The notes under the pieces are model-generated. The model was not told the origin of the DNA, made no database searches, and worked only from the letters and a program-made list of their open reading frames with translations. Below are positions 1 to 10,339 of a DNA stretch of 58,749 nt, piece after piece (positions within the stretch are counted from its first letter, which is position 1; the number at the start of each line of letters is the position of its first letter). Position numbers and translations under genes: made by a program. The DNA is from Planctomycetota bacterium (GTDB taxonomy: Bacteria; Planctomycetota; UBA1135; UBA2386): the NCBI GenBank assembly GCA_016873195.1, contig VGXW01000002.1:1-58749 (forward strand), written 5' to 3'.

Positions 1-371
1 CTCAGGATCTTCTTGTTGGCGACCGTCTTGCGCGGGCCCTTGCGCGAACGAGCGTTGCTGCGCGTGCGCTGGCCGTGCACAGGCAGGCCGCGGCGGTGCC
101 GCAGGCCGCGGTAGCAGTAGATCTCCTTGAGCCGCGTGATGTTCTGCATCACCAGCCGCCGCAGCGCACCCTCCACCGGGTAGTTCTTCTCGAGATGGCT
201 CGCAAGGTTCGCGACCTCGTCGTCCTTGAGGTCCTTGGCGCGCACGCCAGGATCGATCGCGAGTTCCTTGAGGACCTTGCGCGCGATCGCCGAGCCGACG
301 CCATAGATGTAGGTGAGCGCGATCTCGATGCGCTTTTCGTTGGGGATGTCGACGCCGAGAAGACGTGGCAT
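1..371 (-). CDS. rpsM: 30S ribosomal protein S13 (3' end cut by window edge)
   Basis: Minus-strand translation from the ATG at 369-371 reads [34 protein letters not shown]...[29 protein letters not shown], a typical S13. It is absent from the ORF track because it runs off the window. It follows rpmJ as in the canonical operon. Confidence 0.9.
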   Translation of the reverse strand, partial: MPRLLGVDIPNEKRIEIALTYIYGVGSAIARKVLKELAIDPGVRAKDLKDDEVANLASHLEKNYPVEGALRRLVMQNITRLKEIYCYRGLRHRRGLPVHGQRTRSNARSRKGPRKTVANKKIL

Positions 372-392
372 GGGATTCCTGTGGATGCGGGG

Positions 393-509
393 CTACTTGC
401 CCTGGCGCTGCTTGTGCCTCGGGTTCGTGCAGATGACGCGCACGACACCGCGGCGTCTCACGACCTTGCAGTGCTCGCAGATGCGCCGGACGCTGGCTCT
501 GACCTTCAC
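393..509 (-). CDS. rpmJ: 50S ribosomal protein L36 (zinc type)
   Basis: A 38-codon GTG-start ORF reads [38 protein letters not shown]. Its start forms a GTGA overlap with the infA stop. It is too short for the ORF track. Confidence 0.9.
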   Translation of the reverse strand: MKVRASVRRICEHCKVVRRRGVVRVICTNPRHKQRQGK

Positions 510-820
510 GACTGTTCTCGCTGGTTGGGTTGGCTACGGTGGACGCTGGGCTGGCTGATGCGGTCCGACTTCCGCAAGCTGCGGATCCTGGCCTTGTCCG
601 GGTCGAACGGCGACACCTCGACCACCACCACGTCCCCGGCGCACAGGCGTACGAACGCCACGCGCAGGTCCTGGGCGGCGTGTGCCACCACTTCGCGGCC
701 GTCGGCCATCCGCAGGCGGAACATGCCGTTCGGCAGACTCGCCACGACCGTCGCCTGGGCCCGTTCGGGCTGGCCGGTCGCGCCGCTCCGCCGCGACGAC
801 TCGTCCGCGCTGTTCGTCAT
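506..820 (-). CDS. infA: translation initiation factor IF-1
   Basis: An internal ATG of ORF 506..1063 gives ...[57 protein letters not shown], an S1-like IF-1 fold sequence. It has an ATGA overlap with the adk stop. There are extra N-terminal residues and a roughly 20-aa C-terminal tail. Confidence 0.85.
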   Translation of the reverse strand: MTNSADESSRRSGATGQPERAQATVVASLPNGMFRLRMADGREVVAHAAQDLRVAFVRLCAGDVVVVEVSPFDPDKARIRSLRKSDRISQPSVHRSQPNQREQS

Positions 821-1461
821 TGCATCAGCTTCAGCAACTCCTGGTAAACGACATCGGGAGACCGATCCGCGTCGATCTCCCGCAAGAGACGGTGGTCGCG
901 GTAGTACGCCAGCAGCGGCGCCGTCTGCGACCGATAGACTTCGAGGCGCTTGCCGACCGCTTCGGGGCGGTCGTCGGAGCGCTGGACCAGTTCGCCGCCG
1001 CACGCGTCGCACAGGCCGGGCCGCCGCGTCGGGTGGTTCTGGACGTGCCAGATCGCCCCGCACTTGCCGCAGGTGCGCCGCCCCGCCAGCCGCCCGACCA
1101 GCACCGGTTCCGGCACGGCGAACGAGACCACGAGAGACAGCGCGGAGGCCCGCGACAGGTTCCTGTCGAGGGCCTCCGCTTGTGGCAGTGTACGCGGGAA
1201 GCCGTCGAGGATCCAGGCGGCGCGCGCGTCGGGTTCGGCGATGCGCGCGACGACCATCGCGACGATCACGTCGTCCGGCACCAGCTGGCCCGCGTCCATG
1301 CAGCCCTTCGCCTGCCGGCCGAGCGTCGTGCCGGCGGCCACCTGCGCGCGCAGCATGTCGCCCGTCGAGATGTGCGGGACCGATCCCGCCGCGGCGAGTT
1401 TCTTCGCCTGGGTGCCCTTGCCGGCGCCGGGAGCGCCGAGGAACACGCAGCGGGACTTCAT
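817..1461 (-). CDS. adk: adenylate kinase (zinc-lid type)
   Basis: MKSRCVFLGAPGAGKGTQ P-loop, followed by ISTGDMLR and ILDGFPRT. The lid carries CGKC...CDAC. An alternative ATG lies 12 nt upstream at 1473. Confidence 0.9.
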   Translation of the reverse strand: MKSRCVFLGAPGAGKGTQAKKLAAAGSVPHISTGDMLRAQVAAGTTLGRQAKGCMDAGQLVPDDVIVAMVVARIAEPDARAAWILDGFPRTLPQAEALDRNLSRASALSLVVSFAVPEPVLVGRLAGRRTCGKCGAIWHVQNHPTRRPGLCDACGGELVQRSDDRPEAVGKRLEVYRSQTAPLLAYYRDHRLLREIDADRSPDVVYQELLKLMQ

Positions 1462-1475
1462 GGTGACGGCCATGG

Positions 1476-2840
1476 TCAGCTGGAACGGCGGCCCCAACCG
1501 CCGCTGCCGCCGCTGGCGCCCTCGGCGCCCGGCGCGGAGCCGCCGAGGAAACCCTCGTAGTTGCGCATCACGAGCAGCGCGTTGAGCTTCTCGACCATGT
1601 CGAGGGCGACGCCGACGACGATCAGGATCGACGTGCCCGACATGAAGTAGATCAGCACCTGGTCCATCGTGCCGCCGCGCCGTGTGCCGACCAGCGACGG
1701 GGCCACCGCGATGATCGCGAGGAACGCCGCCCCGGCGAGCGTGATGCGGACCATGGTGCCCTCGAGGTACTCGGCGGTCGGCTTGCCCGGCCGGATGCCC
1801 GGGATGAACGAGCCGCCTTCCTTGAGGTTGTTGGCGATCTCGTTCGGCTGGAACATCATCGAGGTCCAGAAGAACGAGAAGAAGAAGATCAGCACGGTGA
1901 ACGACGAAACGTACCAGAAGCCGCGCTGGCTGCCGAACGTGTCGGCGAACCAGTTGAAGCCGGTCGCCGAGCCGAGCATCGTCGGGATCAGCAGCAGCGT
2001 CGAGCCGAAGATGATCGGCATCACGCCGGCCTGGTTGACCTTGAACGGCAGGAAGTGCCGCTGGCCGCCGTAGACGCGCCGGCCGCGCGTGTGTTTGGCC
2101 TGCTGGATCGGGATGCGCCGCTGCGCCTTCGTCATGTAGACGACGGCGACCACGACGACGCCCCACGCGCCCGCGAACAGCAGCAGGTTCTGCCACTCCT
2201 CGCGGTCCATGCCGAACGCGAAGTAGCTCGCGAGCGACGGGTAGAGGTTGGCGATGATGCCCGCCATGATGATCAGCGAGATGCCGTTGCCGACGCCGTG
2301 TTCGGTGATCTGCTCGCCGAGCCACATCACGAACATCGTGCCGGCCGTCAGCGACACCATCACGACGATGCTGTAGAGGCCGAACCACTCGCGCACGCCG
2401 GCGTGCAGCAGCTTGCTGTCCTCGGCGCCGAGCGCGCCGGCGATCACGAACCAGGACTGCACGAAGCAGATGCCGACGGTGGCGATGCGCGTGTACTGGT
2501 TGATCTTGCGCTGCCCGGACTGCCCTTCCTTGGCGATCTTCTCGAGCGAGGGCACGGCCTTGGCCAGCAGGCTGAAGATGATGCTGGCCGAGATGTACGG
2601 CATCACGCCGAGCGAGAACAGCGTCGCGCTCTGCAGCGACCCGCCGGTCAGCACGTTCATCATGCCGAACAGCTTGCCGACGCCGCCGAGGTTGCGCGCC
2701 TGGTCCATCGACGCCTGGTAGTCGACCCCCGGCAGCGGGATGAAGAACCCGATCCGGAAGACGAGCAGCAGGCCCAGGGTGATCAGGATCTTGTCCCTGA
2801 TCTCCTTGACCTTGAACAGGTTTGCGAGGCTGAGGTTCAT
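1476..2840 (-). CDS. secY: preprotein translocase subunit SecY
   Basis: 454-aa polytopic protein starting MNLSLANLFKVKEIRDKILITLGLLLVFRIGFFIPLPGVD. It occupies the canonical position between rplO and adk. Confidence 0.95.
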   Translation of the reverse strand: MNLSLANLFKVKEIRDKILITLGLLLVFRIGFFIPLPGVDYQASMDQARNLGGVGKLFGMMNVLTGGSLQSATLFSLGVMPYISASIIFSLLAKAVPSLEKIAKEGQSGQRKINQYTRIATVGICFVQSWFVIAGALGAEDSKLLHAGVREWFGLYSIVVMVSLTAGTMFVMWLGEQITEHGVGNGISLIIMAGIIANLYPSLASYFAFGMDREEWQNLLLFAGAWGVVVVAVVYMTKAQRRIPIQQAKHTRGRRVYGGQRHFLPFKVNQAGVMPIIFGSTLLLIPTMLGSATGFNWFADTFGSQRGFWYVSSFTVLIFFFSFFWTSMMFQPNEIANNLKEGGSFIPGIRPGKPTAEYLEGTMVRITLAGAAFLAIIAVAPSLVGTRRGGTMDQVLIYFMSGTSILIVVGVALDMVEKLNALLVMRNYEGFLGGSAPGAEGASGGSGGWGRRSS

Positions 2841-2865
2841 GATCGCTGGGCGCCCGCTCCGGAAG

Positions 2866-3399
2866 TCACTTGCCCGGCTTCTGGCGAGGGCCGCCGGGCT
2901 TGCGCACGCTACCGTCCTTCGCCACGAACTTCGCGCGATTCTGCTTCTTCGCGATCAGCAGCACCGTGCCGCCGGCCTGCTCGATCTTCTGCTTCGCGGA
3001 GGCGGTGATCGCGTCGACCTTGACGGTCAGCGCCTTCGCGATCTCGCCGTCGCCGAGCACCTTGAACAGCTCGCTGTGCTTCTCCTTCGACGTGAGTCCC
3101 TTCTGCAGCACCGCGGCGAGGTCGACCACGGCCCCCACGTCGAACACGTCGAGGTCGCTGACGTTGACGACGGTGTAGATCTTCTCGAAGTTCTTGTTGT
3201 TGAAGCCGCGCTTGGGCAGGCGCCGGTAGATCGGCATCTGGCCGCCTTCCCAGCCGATGCGGCGCGACCAGCCCGAACGGGCCTTCGCGCCCTTGTGGCC
3301 GCGGCCCGACGTCTTGCCGAGACCGGAGCCCGTGCCGCGGCCGACGCGCGTGCGATCGGGGAACTTGAGGCCGAGGGCCTTGGCTTCTGCGAGGTTCAT
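2866..3399 (-). CDS. rplO: 50S ribosomal protein L15
   Basis: VGRGTGSGLGKTSGRGHKGAKARSG motif. It lies directly after rpsE, with no rpmD in between. Confidence 0.9.
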   Translation of the reverse strand: MNLAEAKALGLKFPDRTRVGRGTGSGLGKTSGRGHKGAKARSGWSRRIGWEGGQMPIYRRLPKRGFNNKNFEKIYTVVNVSDLDVFDVGAVVDLAAVLQKGLTSKEKHSELFKVLGDGEIAKALTVKVDAITASAKQKIEQAGGTVLLIAKKQNRAKFVAKDGSVRKPGGPRQKPGK

Positions 3400-3908
3400 T
3401 CGAGGGTCACTCCGCGCAGCGCCGTCGTCTGCTCCCGACTGCGCAGCTTGCTGAGGGCCACCATGGTCGCCTTGACGACGTTCAGGGCGTTCGTGGACCC
3501 GTAGTTCTTGGTGAGGATGTCGCTGATGCCCGCGCGCTCGAGGACCTTGCGCACGGCCTTGCCGGCGATGATGCCGGTGCCCGGCGCCGCCGGGACCAGG
3601 CGCACCTTGCTGGCGCCGTAGAAGCCCTCGACGGCGTGCGGGATCGTGGTGCCGGTGCGCTCCACGCGCATGATCTGCTTGCGCGCGTCCTTGACCGATT
3701 TCTCGATCGCGGCGGGCACCTCGCGGCCCTTGCCGTAGCCGATGCCGACGAGGCCGTTGCGGTTGCCGACGACGCTGAGCGCGCTGAACGAGAACCGGCG
3801 CCCGCCCTTGACGACGGCTGCCGAACGGTTGATCGCGACGACGTCGTCGTCGACGGCGGCGGACAGCGCCTCGTCGATCGCGATCAGCGGGTATTTGCTC
3901 TTGGCCAT
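3396..3908 (-). CDS. rpsE: 30S ribosomal protein S5
   Basis: VVAINRSAAVVKGGRRFSFSALSVVGNRNGLVGIGYGKGREVPAAI is typical S5. Operon position supports the call. Confidence 0.9.
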   Translation of the reverse strand: MAKSKYPLIAIDEALSAAVDDDVVAINRSAAVVKGGRRFSFSALSVVGNRNGLVGIGYGKGREVPAAIEKSVKDARKQIMRVERTGTTIPHAVEGFYGASKVRLVPAAPGTGIIAGKAVRKVLERAGISDILTKNYGSTNALNVVKATMVALSKLRSREQTTALRGVTLE

Positions 3909-3910
3909 GG

Positions 3911-4279
3911 TCAGAACTCCAGCCCGGCTTCGCGGGCGGCGTCGGCGAGCGCCTTGATGCGGCCGTGGTACTTGTAGGCGCCGCGGTCGAACGCGACCTT
4001 GGCGACGCCGGCGCGCCGGGCCCGCTCGGCGATCAGCGCCCCGACGCGCTTGGCCACGTCGGTCTTGCGCACGCCCTTGGTCGCGACGCGCAGGTCCTTC
4101 TCCAGCGACGAGGCGCTCGCGAGCGTGTGCCCGCGCAGGTCGTCGATGATCTGGACCGAGATGTTGCCGAGGCTGCGGAACACCGACATGCGCGGCCGGT
4201 TGGTGACCTGGCGGAGCCGCCGCCGCACGGAGACGGCCTTGCCGTGCCGGCGCTGGTGCTTGTGGAACGTGGAACTCAT
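3911..4279 (-). CDS. rplR: 50S ribosomal protein L18
   Basis: [20 protein letters not shown]...[27 protein letters not shown] is a typical L18 C-terminus. Confidence 0.9.
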   Translation of the reverse strand: MSSTFHKHQRRHGKAVSVRRRLRQVTNRPRMSVFRSLGNISVQIIDDLRGHTLASASSLEKDLRVATKGVRKTDVAKRVGALIAERARRAGVAKVAFDRGAYKYHGRIKALADAAREAGLEF

Positions 4280-4308
4280 GCTGCTTCGTCCTCGCTCGTC
4301 GATCCCGA

Positions 4309-4857
4309 CTAGGCGCCGCCGGACGCGAAGGCCTTGCCGGCCTTGCGCTTGACGATCTCGCCCGAGTACTTGATGCCCTTGCCCTTGTACGGTTCCGGCT
4401 TGCGGAGTTTGCGGATGGCGGCCGCGACCATGCCGACCTGCTGCAGGTCGACGCCCTTGACCGAGAGCGCGGTCGGGCTGGTCACGTCGATCGTGACCGT
4501 CGGCGGCACCGCGAAGCGCACGGGCTTGTTGAAGCCGAGCTTCAGCAGCAGCGTGCCGCCCTCGAGCGAAGCCTCGTAGCCGACGCCGGTGATCTCGAGC
4601 TTCCGCTCGTAGCCCTTCGTCACGCCTTCGACCATGTTGGCGAGCAGCGCGCGCGTGGTGCCCTGCAGCGCCCGCGACGCGCGCTCGTCGTCGACCGACT
4701 TCACGTGCACCTGGTCGCCGGCGACCGAGACGGCGACCTCGGGACGCAGGGGCAGCACGAGCTCACCCTTCTGGCCCTTGACCGCGACCGACCCCGGCGC
4801 GACCTGCACGGTCACGCCCCTGGGGATCACGACTGGCTTCTTGCCGATGCGGGACAT
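4309..4857 (-). CDS. rplF: 50S ribosomal protein L6
   Basis: [19 protein letters not shown]...[22 protein letters not shown] is typical L6. Confidence 0.9.
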   Translation of the reverse strand: MSRIGKKPVVIPRGVTVQVAPGSVAVKGQKGELVLPLRPEVAVSVAGDQVHVKSVDDERASRALQGTTRALLANMVEGVTKGYERKLEITGVGYEASLEGGTLLLKLGFNKPVRFAVPPTVTIDVTSPTALSVKGVDLQQVGMVAAAIRKLRKPEPYKGKGIKYSGEIVKRKAGKAFASGGA

Positions 4858-4872
4858 GGAGACCTCTCAGTA

Positions 4873-4945
4873 GGAACCGCCACTGCGGCGCTGGATGCTG
4901 GGTTTCATCGGTTGCGGTCGCCGCGTTGCGGCGGTGGGAACCTCA
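4873..4945 (-). repeat. copy C of a three-copy structured intergenic element (module 1 only)
   Basis: Gene-sense sequence TGAGGTTCCCACCGCCGCAACGCGGCGACCGCAACCGATGAAACCCAGCATCCAGCGCCGCAGTGGCGGTTCC starts on the rpsH TGA. It aligns with 15153-15221 and 24950-25024. Confidence 0.7.
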
Positions 4946-5338
4946 GTCGACGGTGCAGAGGACTTCGCCGCCCACGCGCCGCTGCCGGCACTCGCGGTCG
5001 GACAGCACGCCCTGGTTGGTCGACACGACGGCGATGCCGAGGCCGCCGCGGACCTTCGGCAGGTCGGTGCAGGCCCGGTAGCGCCGGCAGCCCGGCTTGC
5101 TGAACCGCGCCAGCGACGAGATCACGCGTTCGCCCTCGGGGCCGTAGCGGAACTCCACGCGGATCGCCGAGCGCGGCCCGGCGGCCGCGACCTCGTAGGC
5201 GCTGATGAACCCCTCGCGCTTCATCGCGTCGAGGATGGCCACCTTCAGCCGGCTGCCGGGGACCACGCAGTTCGTGGCACCGCTCGTCAGGGCGTTGCGC
5301 ATCCGCGTGAGCATGTCAGCAATGGGATCGGTCATCAT
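4943..5338 (-). CDS. rpsH: 30S ribosomal protein S8
   Basis: MMTDPIADMLTRMRNA...GGLGIAVVSTNQGVLSDRECRQRRVGGEVLC is typical S8. Confidence 0.9.
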   Translation of the reverse strand: MMTDPIADMLTRMRNALTSGATNCVVPGSRLKVAILDAMKREGFISAYEVAAAGPRSAIRVEFRYGPEGERVISSLARFSKPGCRRYRACTDLPKVRGGLGIAVVSTNQGVLSDRECRQRRVGGEVLCTVD

Positions 5339-5350
5339 GGCTCTGTGCTC

Positions 5351-5536
5351 CTACCACGAAGCCTTGCGCACGCCGGGGATCTCGCCCTGCAGCGCGAGCA
5401 GACGGAAACAGCACCGGCAGACACCGAACTTGCGGTAGTAGGCCCGCGCGCGTCCACACAGTTGGCAGCGGTTGTAGCGCCGAGTCGAGAACTTCGGCTT
5501 CCTCTGCTGCTTGACCCTCAAGCACTTCTTTGCCAT
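5351..5536 (-). CDS. rpsN: 30S ribosomal protein S14, short zinc-binding type
   Basis: 61 aa reading [61 protein letters not shown], with CxxC...CxxC. Confidence 0.9.
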   Translation of the reverse strand: MAKKCLRVKQQRKPKFSTRRYNRCQLCGRARAYYRKFGVCRCCFRLLALQGEIPGVRKASW

Positions 5537-5563
5537 GGCTCTTTGGAGGCGGTCGTATCGGGG

Positions 5564-6160
5564 TTACTTGCGGAACGGCATGCCGAGGTGCGTCATCAGC
5601 GCGAGGCCTTCCTTGTCGGTCCGCGCCGTCGTGACGAACGTGATGTCCATGCCTTGGACGAACTCGACCTTGTCGAGCTGGATCTCCGGGAACGCGCTCT
5701 GTTCCGAGAGACCCATGGTGTAGTTGCCGCGGCCGTCGAGCTTGTTCGGCAGCCCGCGGAAGTCGCGGATGCGCGGGATCGCCAGCGTGATCAGGCGATC
5801 GAGGAACTCCCACATGCGCGCGCCGCGCAGCGTGACCGCGACGCCGATCGCGTAGCCCTCGCGCAGCTTGAAGCCGGACACGGCGCCGCGCGCCTTGCGG
5901 ACGAGCGGCCGCTGGCCGGTGATCGCGGTCAGGTCCTTGGTCGCGGCCTCGATGCGGTTCTTGTTCTCGACCGCCTTGCCGACGCCCATGTTGACGACGA
6001 TCTTCTGCAGCCGCGGGACCATCATCGGGTTCGGGTAGCCGAACTCCTGGCGGAGCGCCGGCGCGACCTTCTCGCGGTAGATCGTCAGCCGCCGCGGCGT
6101 GATCTTCGGGGCCGGCGGGGTCTTCACCTCGGGCGCGGCCTTCGCATTGCTGGTAGACAT
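5564..6160 (-). CDS. rplE: 50S ribosomal protein L5
   Basis: An internal ATG at 6160 is preceded by GAGGAA. LRQEFGYPNPMMVPRLQKIVVNMGVG is typical L5. The longer track ORF would overlap rplX. Confidence 0.9.
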   Translation of the reverse strand: MSTSNAKAAPEVKTPPAPKITPRRLTIYREKVAPALRQEFGYPNPMMVPRLQKIVVNMGVGKAVENKNRIEAATKDLTAITGQRPLVRKARGAVSGFKLREGYAIGVAVTLRGARMWEFLDRLITLAIPRIRDFRGLPNKLDGRGNYTMGLSEQSAFPEIQLDKVEFVQGMDITFVTTARTDKEGLALMTHLGMPFRK

Positions 6161-6185
6161 CTGGGTTCCTCGGGGAGCGGCGGGT

Positions 6186-6533
6186 TCAGTCGAACTTCGT
6201 GCCACACTTCACGCCGACGCGGACCTTCTTGCCGTCGACGACCTGGTGCTTCGTGCGCGTGCCCTTGCCGAGCTTCTCGCTCCACAGCAGCACCTTGCTG
6301 GCCGGGATCGGCTGCTCGCGCTGCACGCGCCCGCCCTTGGGGTTCTGCTGCGACCGCCGCTGGTGTTTCCAGCGCAGGTTGACGCCCTGCACGATGATCT
6401 CGCCGGTTTCGGCGTCGACCTTGAGGACCTCGCGCGGCTCGTTCGACTTGTACTGCCCGCAGGTGACGACGACCTTGTCGCCCTTCTTGACGTGCAGCTT
6501 CCGCCGCCGCGGCTTCTGCTTGTTGAACAACAT
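6186..6533 (-). CDS. rplX: 50S ribosomal protein L24
   Basis: An internal ATG of ORF 6186..7022 gives KLHVKKGDKVVVTCGQYKSNEPREVLKV, a KOW motif. The start overlaps the rplN stop by 1 nt. Confidence 0.85.
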   Translation of the reverse strand: MLFNKQKPRRRKLHVKKGDKVVVTCGQYKSNEPREVLKVDAETGEIIVQGVNLRWKHQRRSQQNPKGGRVQREQPIPASKVLLWSEKLGKGTRTKHQVVDGKKVRVGVKCGTKFD

Positions 6534-6901
6534 CAGACGACTTCCTCCGCCAGGCTGACGATCTTCATGAAGTTGCGGTCGCGCAGCTCGCGGGCCACCG
6601 CGCCGAAGATGCGCGTGCCGCGCGGGTTGCCCTCCTTGTCGATGACGACGAGGGCGTTGCGGTCGAACCGGATGTAGGACCCGTCGGGGCGCCGCACCGG
6701 CTTGGCGGTGCGCACGACGACGCCCTTGACGATCTCGTGCTCCTTGACCTCGCCGGTCGGCAGCGCCTTCTTGACGACGGCGATCACGACGTCGCCGACC
6801 GACGCGTAGCGCCGGCCGCTGCCGCCGAGGACCTTGACGCACATGGCGCGCTTGGCGCCCGTGTTGTCGGCCACATCGAGCATGGACGTTTCTTGGATCA
6901 T
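6533..6901 (-). CDS. rplN: 50S ribosomal protein L14
   Basis: [46 protein letters not shown] is typical L14. Confidence 0.95.
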   Translation of the reverse strand: MIQETSMLDVADNTGAKRAMCVKVLGGSGRRYASVGDVVIAVVKKALPTGEVKEHEIVKGVVVRTAKPVRRPDGSYIRFDRNALVVIDKEGNPRGTRIFGAVARELRDRNFMKIVSLAEEVV

Positions 6902-6941
6902 GGGGTCTCCTCGGACTGCGCTGTGGTCGGTCTGGTTGGCG

Positions 6942-6975
6942 CTGCGGGGGGATCTGCGGTGGGGCTGCGGCGGGG
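6942..6975. repeat. three imperfect 11-12 bp tandem units in the rpsQ-rplN spacer
   Basis: Plus strand reads ctgcggggggat / ctgcggtgggg / ctgcggcgggg, ending 1 nt before the rpsQ stop at 6977-6979. In gene sense these are C-rich CCCCNCCGCAG units. Confidence 0.6.
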
Positions 6976-6976
6976 C

Positions 6977-7306
6977 TCAGTGGTGCGAGGCGCGCTGGAG
7001 GATCCGCACGAGCCGCCAGCACTTGGTCTTGCTGAGCGGGCGCGTCTGGACGACCTCGACGACGTCGCCGACGTGCGCTTCGCCCTTCTCGTCGTGGGCG
7101 CGCAGCTTGGTCCGCCGCGACACGAACTTCTCGTAGAGCGGGTGGCGCACCTTGCGCTCGACCTGCACGACGATGGTCTTCTGCATCTTGTCCGACACGA
7201 CCGTGCCGCGCACGACCTTGCGCTGGTTGCGGGCGGACGCGCTCGGCTGCGGCGCCGGGCTGGACACCGGGGCGGGGACGTTGTTTTCCGTGTTCGTGTT
7301 CATCAC
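6977..7306 (-). CDS. rpsQ: 30S ribosomal protein S17
   Basis: [45 protein letters not shown] is typical S17, preceded by a roughly 30-aa N-terminal extension. Confidence 0.85.
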   Translation of the reverse strand: MMNTNTENNVPAPVSSPAPQPSASARNQRKVVRGTVVSDKMQKTIVVQVERKVRHPLYEKFVSRRTKLRAHDEKGEAHVGDVVEVVQTRPLSKTKCWRLVRILQRASHH

Positions 7307-7515
7307 TGCTTGCCTCCGGCAGTCCGCTCCCGTTCGCCGAGCACCGTCAGGATCCGCGCGATCGTGCGCCGGATCTCGTTGTGGCGGGTGGTCTTCGCGA
7401 CCTCCTCGGCGGAGCCGCGGAAGCGCAGTCCGAACTTCTCCTTGCGCAGGTCCAGCAGCTTGTTCTGCAGCTCGCTCGTGTCGAGACCGCGGATCTCGGT
7501 GATTGCCTTCTTCAT
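7303..7515 (-). CDS. rpmC: 50S ribosomal protein L29
   Basis: An internal ATG of ORF 7303..8652 gives [35 protein letters not shown]. The gene's stop overlaps the rpsQ start by 4 nt. Confidence 0.85.
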   Translation of the reverse strand: MKKAITEIRGLDTSELQNKLLDLRKEKFGLRFRGSAEEVAKTTRHNEIRRTIARILTVLGERERTAGGKQ

Positions 7516-7574
7516 CGTCGTGTTCCGTGCGGCGGCGGGTGGACTTCGTCGGGATGGGGATCGACTCGGGGAAC

Positions 7575-7985
7575 TCAGCCGTGGCGCCGGCGGACCATGC
7601 GCACGCGCAGCGGCAGTTTGTGCGCGACGCGGTTGAACGCCGCCTTGGCCGCCTCCGGCGTGACGCCGTCCAGTTCGAACAGGATCGTGCCGGGCTTGAT
7701 CACGGCGGCCCAGAACTCCACGTCGCCCTTGCCGGTGCCCATGCGCGTCTCGGCGGGCTTCTTCGACACCGACTTGTGCGGGAACACGCGGATCCAGAGT
7801 TTGGCCTCGGGCGCGTTGCGCGTCGCCGCGACGCGGCCCGCCTCGATGACGCGCGCCGACAACCAGCCCGGCTCGAGCGCCTGCAGGCCGTACTCGCCGA
7901 AGGCGACCTCGTTGCCGCGCGTGGCCTCGCCGCGGATCACGCCGCGCATCTGCTTGCGCCACTTCGTTCGCTTGGGCATCAACAT
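7575..7985 (-). CDS. rplP: 50S ribosomal protein L16
   Basis: [38 protein letters not shown] is typical L16. Confidence 0.95.
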   Translation of the reverse strand: MLMPKRTKWRKQMRGVIRGEATRGNEVAFGEYGLQALEPGWLSARVIEAGRVAATRNAPEAKLWIRVFPHKSVSKKPAETRMGTGKGDVEFWAAVIKPGTILFELDGVTPEAAKAAFNRVAHKLPLRVRMVRRRHG

Positions 7986-8015
7986 GGCAGTTCCTCGGTT
8001 CCTGGGCGCGGTGGT

Positions 8016-8702
8016 TCAGGCGTTGGGACGTTCCGTGCTCGGCCGCACCGGCAGCAGGCCGCGCGTGGTCTCGCCGGGCCCGTACTCGCCCTTGAAGATC
8101 CAGACCTTGCAGCCGATCGACCCGTACTTGGTCGGGCAGGTCGCGAAGCCGTAGTCGAGCTGCGCGCGCAGCGTGCCGCACGGCACGCGGCCCTTGCGGA
8201 AGGTGCCGACGCGCGACATCTCGGCGCCCTGCAGGCGGCCCGAGACGCGGATCTTGATGCCCTTGGCGCCGGCCGCGATCGACGTGTCGGCGACCTTCTT
8301 CAGCGCGCGCCGGTAGTTGATGCGCTTGCCGATCTGCTCGGCGACCGCCTCGGCCACCAGGTTCGCCTCCATCTCCGGGCGGTGGATCTCGATGATCTTC
8401 ATGCGCACCGGCTTGCCGGTGAGCTTCTCGAGCTCCATGCGGAACTCGTCGACCTTGGTGCCCTTCTTGCCGATCAGCACGCCGGGGCGCGCCGTGTGCA
8501 CGAACACGGTCACGAGCTCGCCGGTGCGCTCGATCTCGACCTTCGGGATCGCCGCGAACTGCCACTCCTTGCGGATGAAGCGGCGGATCTTGTGGTCCTC
8601 GATCAGATGCTTCGCGAAGTCCTTCTTGGTCGCGAACCAGCGCGAACGCCACGGCTCGGTGATCGCGATGCGGAAGCCCGTCGGATGGATCTTCTGCCCC
8701 AT
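8016..8702 (-). CDS. rpsC: 30S ribosomal protein S3
   Basis: MGQKIHPTGFRIAITEPWRSRWFATKKDFAKHLIED is typical S3. Confidence 0.95.
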   Translation of the reverse strand: MGQKIHPTGFRIAITEPWRSRWFATKKDFAKHLIEDHKIRRFIRKEWQFAAIPKVEIERTGELVTVFVHTARPGVLIGKKGTKVDEFRMELEKLTGKPVRMKIIEIHRPEMEANLVAEAVAEQIGKRINYRRALKKVADTSIAAGAKGIKIRVSGRLQGAEMSRVGTFRKGRVPCGTLRAQLDYGFATCPTKYGSIGCKVWIFKGEYGPGETTRGLLPVRPSTERPNA

Positions 8703-8705
8703 GGC

Positions 8706-9092
8706 TCAGTTCTCTCCCTTCTCGGCGGCCTGCGGCGCGGCGGCCTCTGGATCGGCGACGTGGACGTGGATGTGGCAGGTGCGGCGCTTGATCGGCATCG
8801 CGCGCCCCTGGGGACCCGGGCGCACGCGCATGCCGCCGGGCAGCAGCGGACCGTCCTGCGCGAAGGTGCGCGCGATCACGAGCCGGTTGGCGCGCACCGC
8901 CGGGTTCTGCAGCGCGTTCGCGACCGCGGACGCGACGACGTCGTAGACGTAGCGCGACGCGCGGTGGCGGTCGTTGCGCAGCTGGTCGAGCGCCTCGTTG
9001 GCACTGCGCCCGCGGATCAGCGCGAGCACGCGGCGCGCCTTGTAGGCGCCCATGCGGGCGCCGCGATGCACGGCCCGGACTTCGAAGCTCAC
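8706..9092 (-). CDS. rplV: 50S ribosomal protein L22
   Basis: The GTG start forms a GTGA overlap with the rpsS stop. [38 protein letters not shown] is L22-like. Confidence 0.85.
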   Translation of the reverse strand: MSFEVRAVHRGARMGAYKARRVLALIRGRSANEALDQLRNDRHRASRYVYDVVASAVANALQNPAVRANRLVIARTFAQDGPLLPGGMRVRPGPQGRAMPIKRRTCHIHVHVADPEAAAPQAAEKGEN

Positions 9093-9367
9093 GACTCCAC
9101 CTCCGCCTTGCGGCTCGAGTGGCCGCGGAAGGTGCGCGTCGGCGCGAACTCGCCGAGCCGGTGGCCGACCATGTCCTCGGTCACGTAGACCTTCAGGAAG
9201 ACGCGGCCGTTGTGCACGTTGAACGTGTGGCCGACGAAGTCGGGCAGGATCACGCTCGCGCGCGACCACGTCTGGATCGGGTCCTTCGCGTTCTTCTTGT
9301 TCAGCGCGGCCACCTTCGCGAGCAGGCTCGGGTGGACGAAGGGGCCCTTGCGGATGCTACGGCTCAT
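9089..9367 (-). CDS. rpsS: 30S ribosomal protein S19
   Basis: [19 protein letters not shown]...[33 protein letters not shown] is typical S19. Confidence 0.95.
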   Translation of the reverse strand: MSRSIRKGPFVHPSLLAKVAALNKKNAKDPIQTWSRASVILPDFVGHTFNVHNGRVFLKVYVTEDMVGHRLGEFAPTRTFRGHSSRKAEVES

Positions 9368-9403
9368 CGGGTCGTCTCCTGGATCACCGGGTCGTCTCCT
9401 GGA

Positions 9404-9407
<4 letters not shown>
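9368..9407. repeat. 20-bp tandem duplication spanning the rplB stop and rpsS Shine-Dalgarno
   Basis: cgggtcgtctcctggatca(c) at 9368-9387 is repeated as cgggtcgtctcctggatca(g) at 9388-9407. In gene sense this is TGATCCAGGAGACGACCCG twice. Confidence 0.85.
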
Positions 9408-10264
<857 letters not shown>

Positions 10265-10293
10265 GGGGCCTCTCTGCGGGTGGTGGCGCGGGT

Positions 10294-10332
10294 GCGGGGT
10301 TGGCCTGCGGGGTTGGCCTGCGGGGTTGGCCG
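10294..10332. repeat. 13-bp tandem repeat, about 3 copies, in the rplW-rplB spacer
   Basis: gcggggttggcct appears twice plus a partial third copy gcggggttggcc. In gene sense this is GGCCAACCCCGCA repeated. Confidence 0.8.
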
Positions 10333-10339
10333 CGGCGGA

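Noticed and set aside
2841-3399. Absence of rpmD (L30) between rpsE and rplO, and of map between adk and infA.
   Set aside because: Both are common lineage-specific variations of the spc operon and are not anomalies worth a finding.
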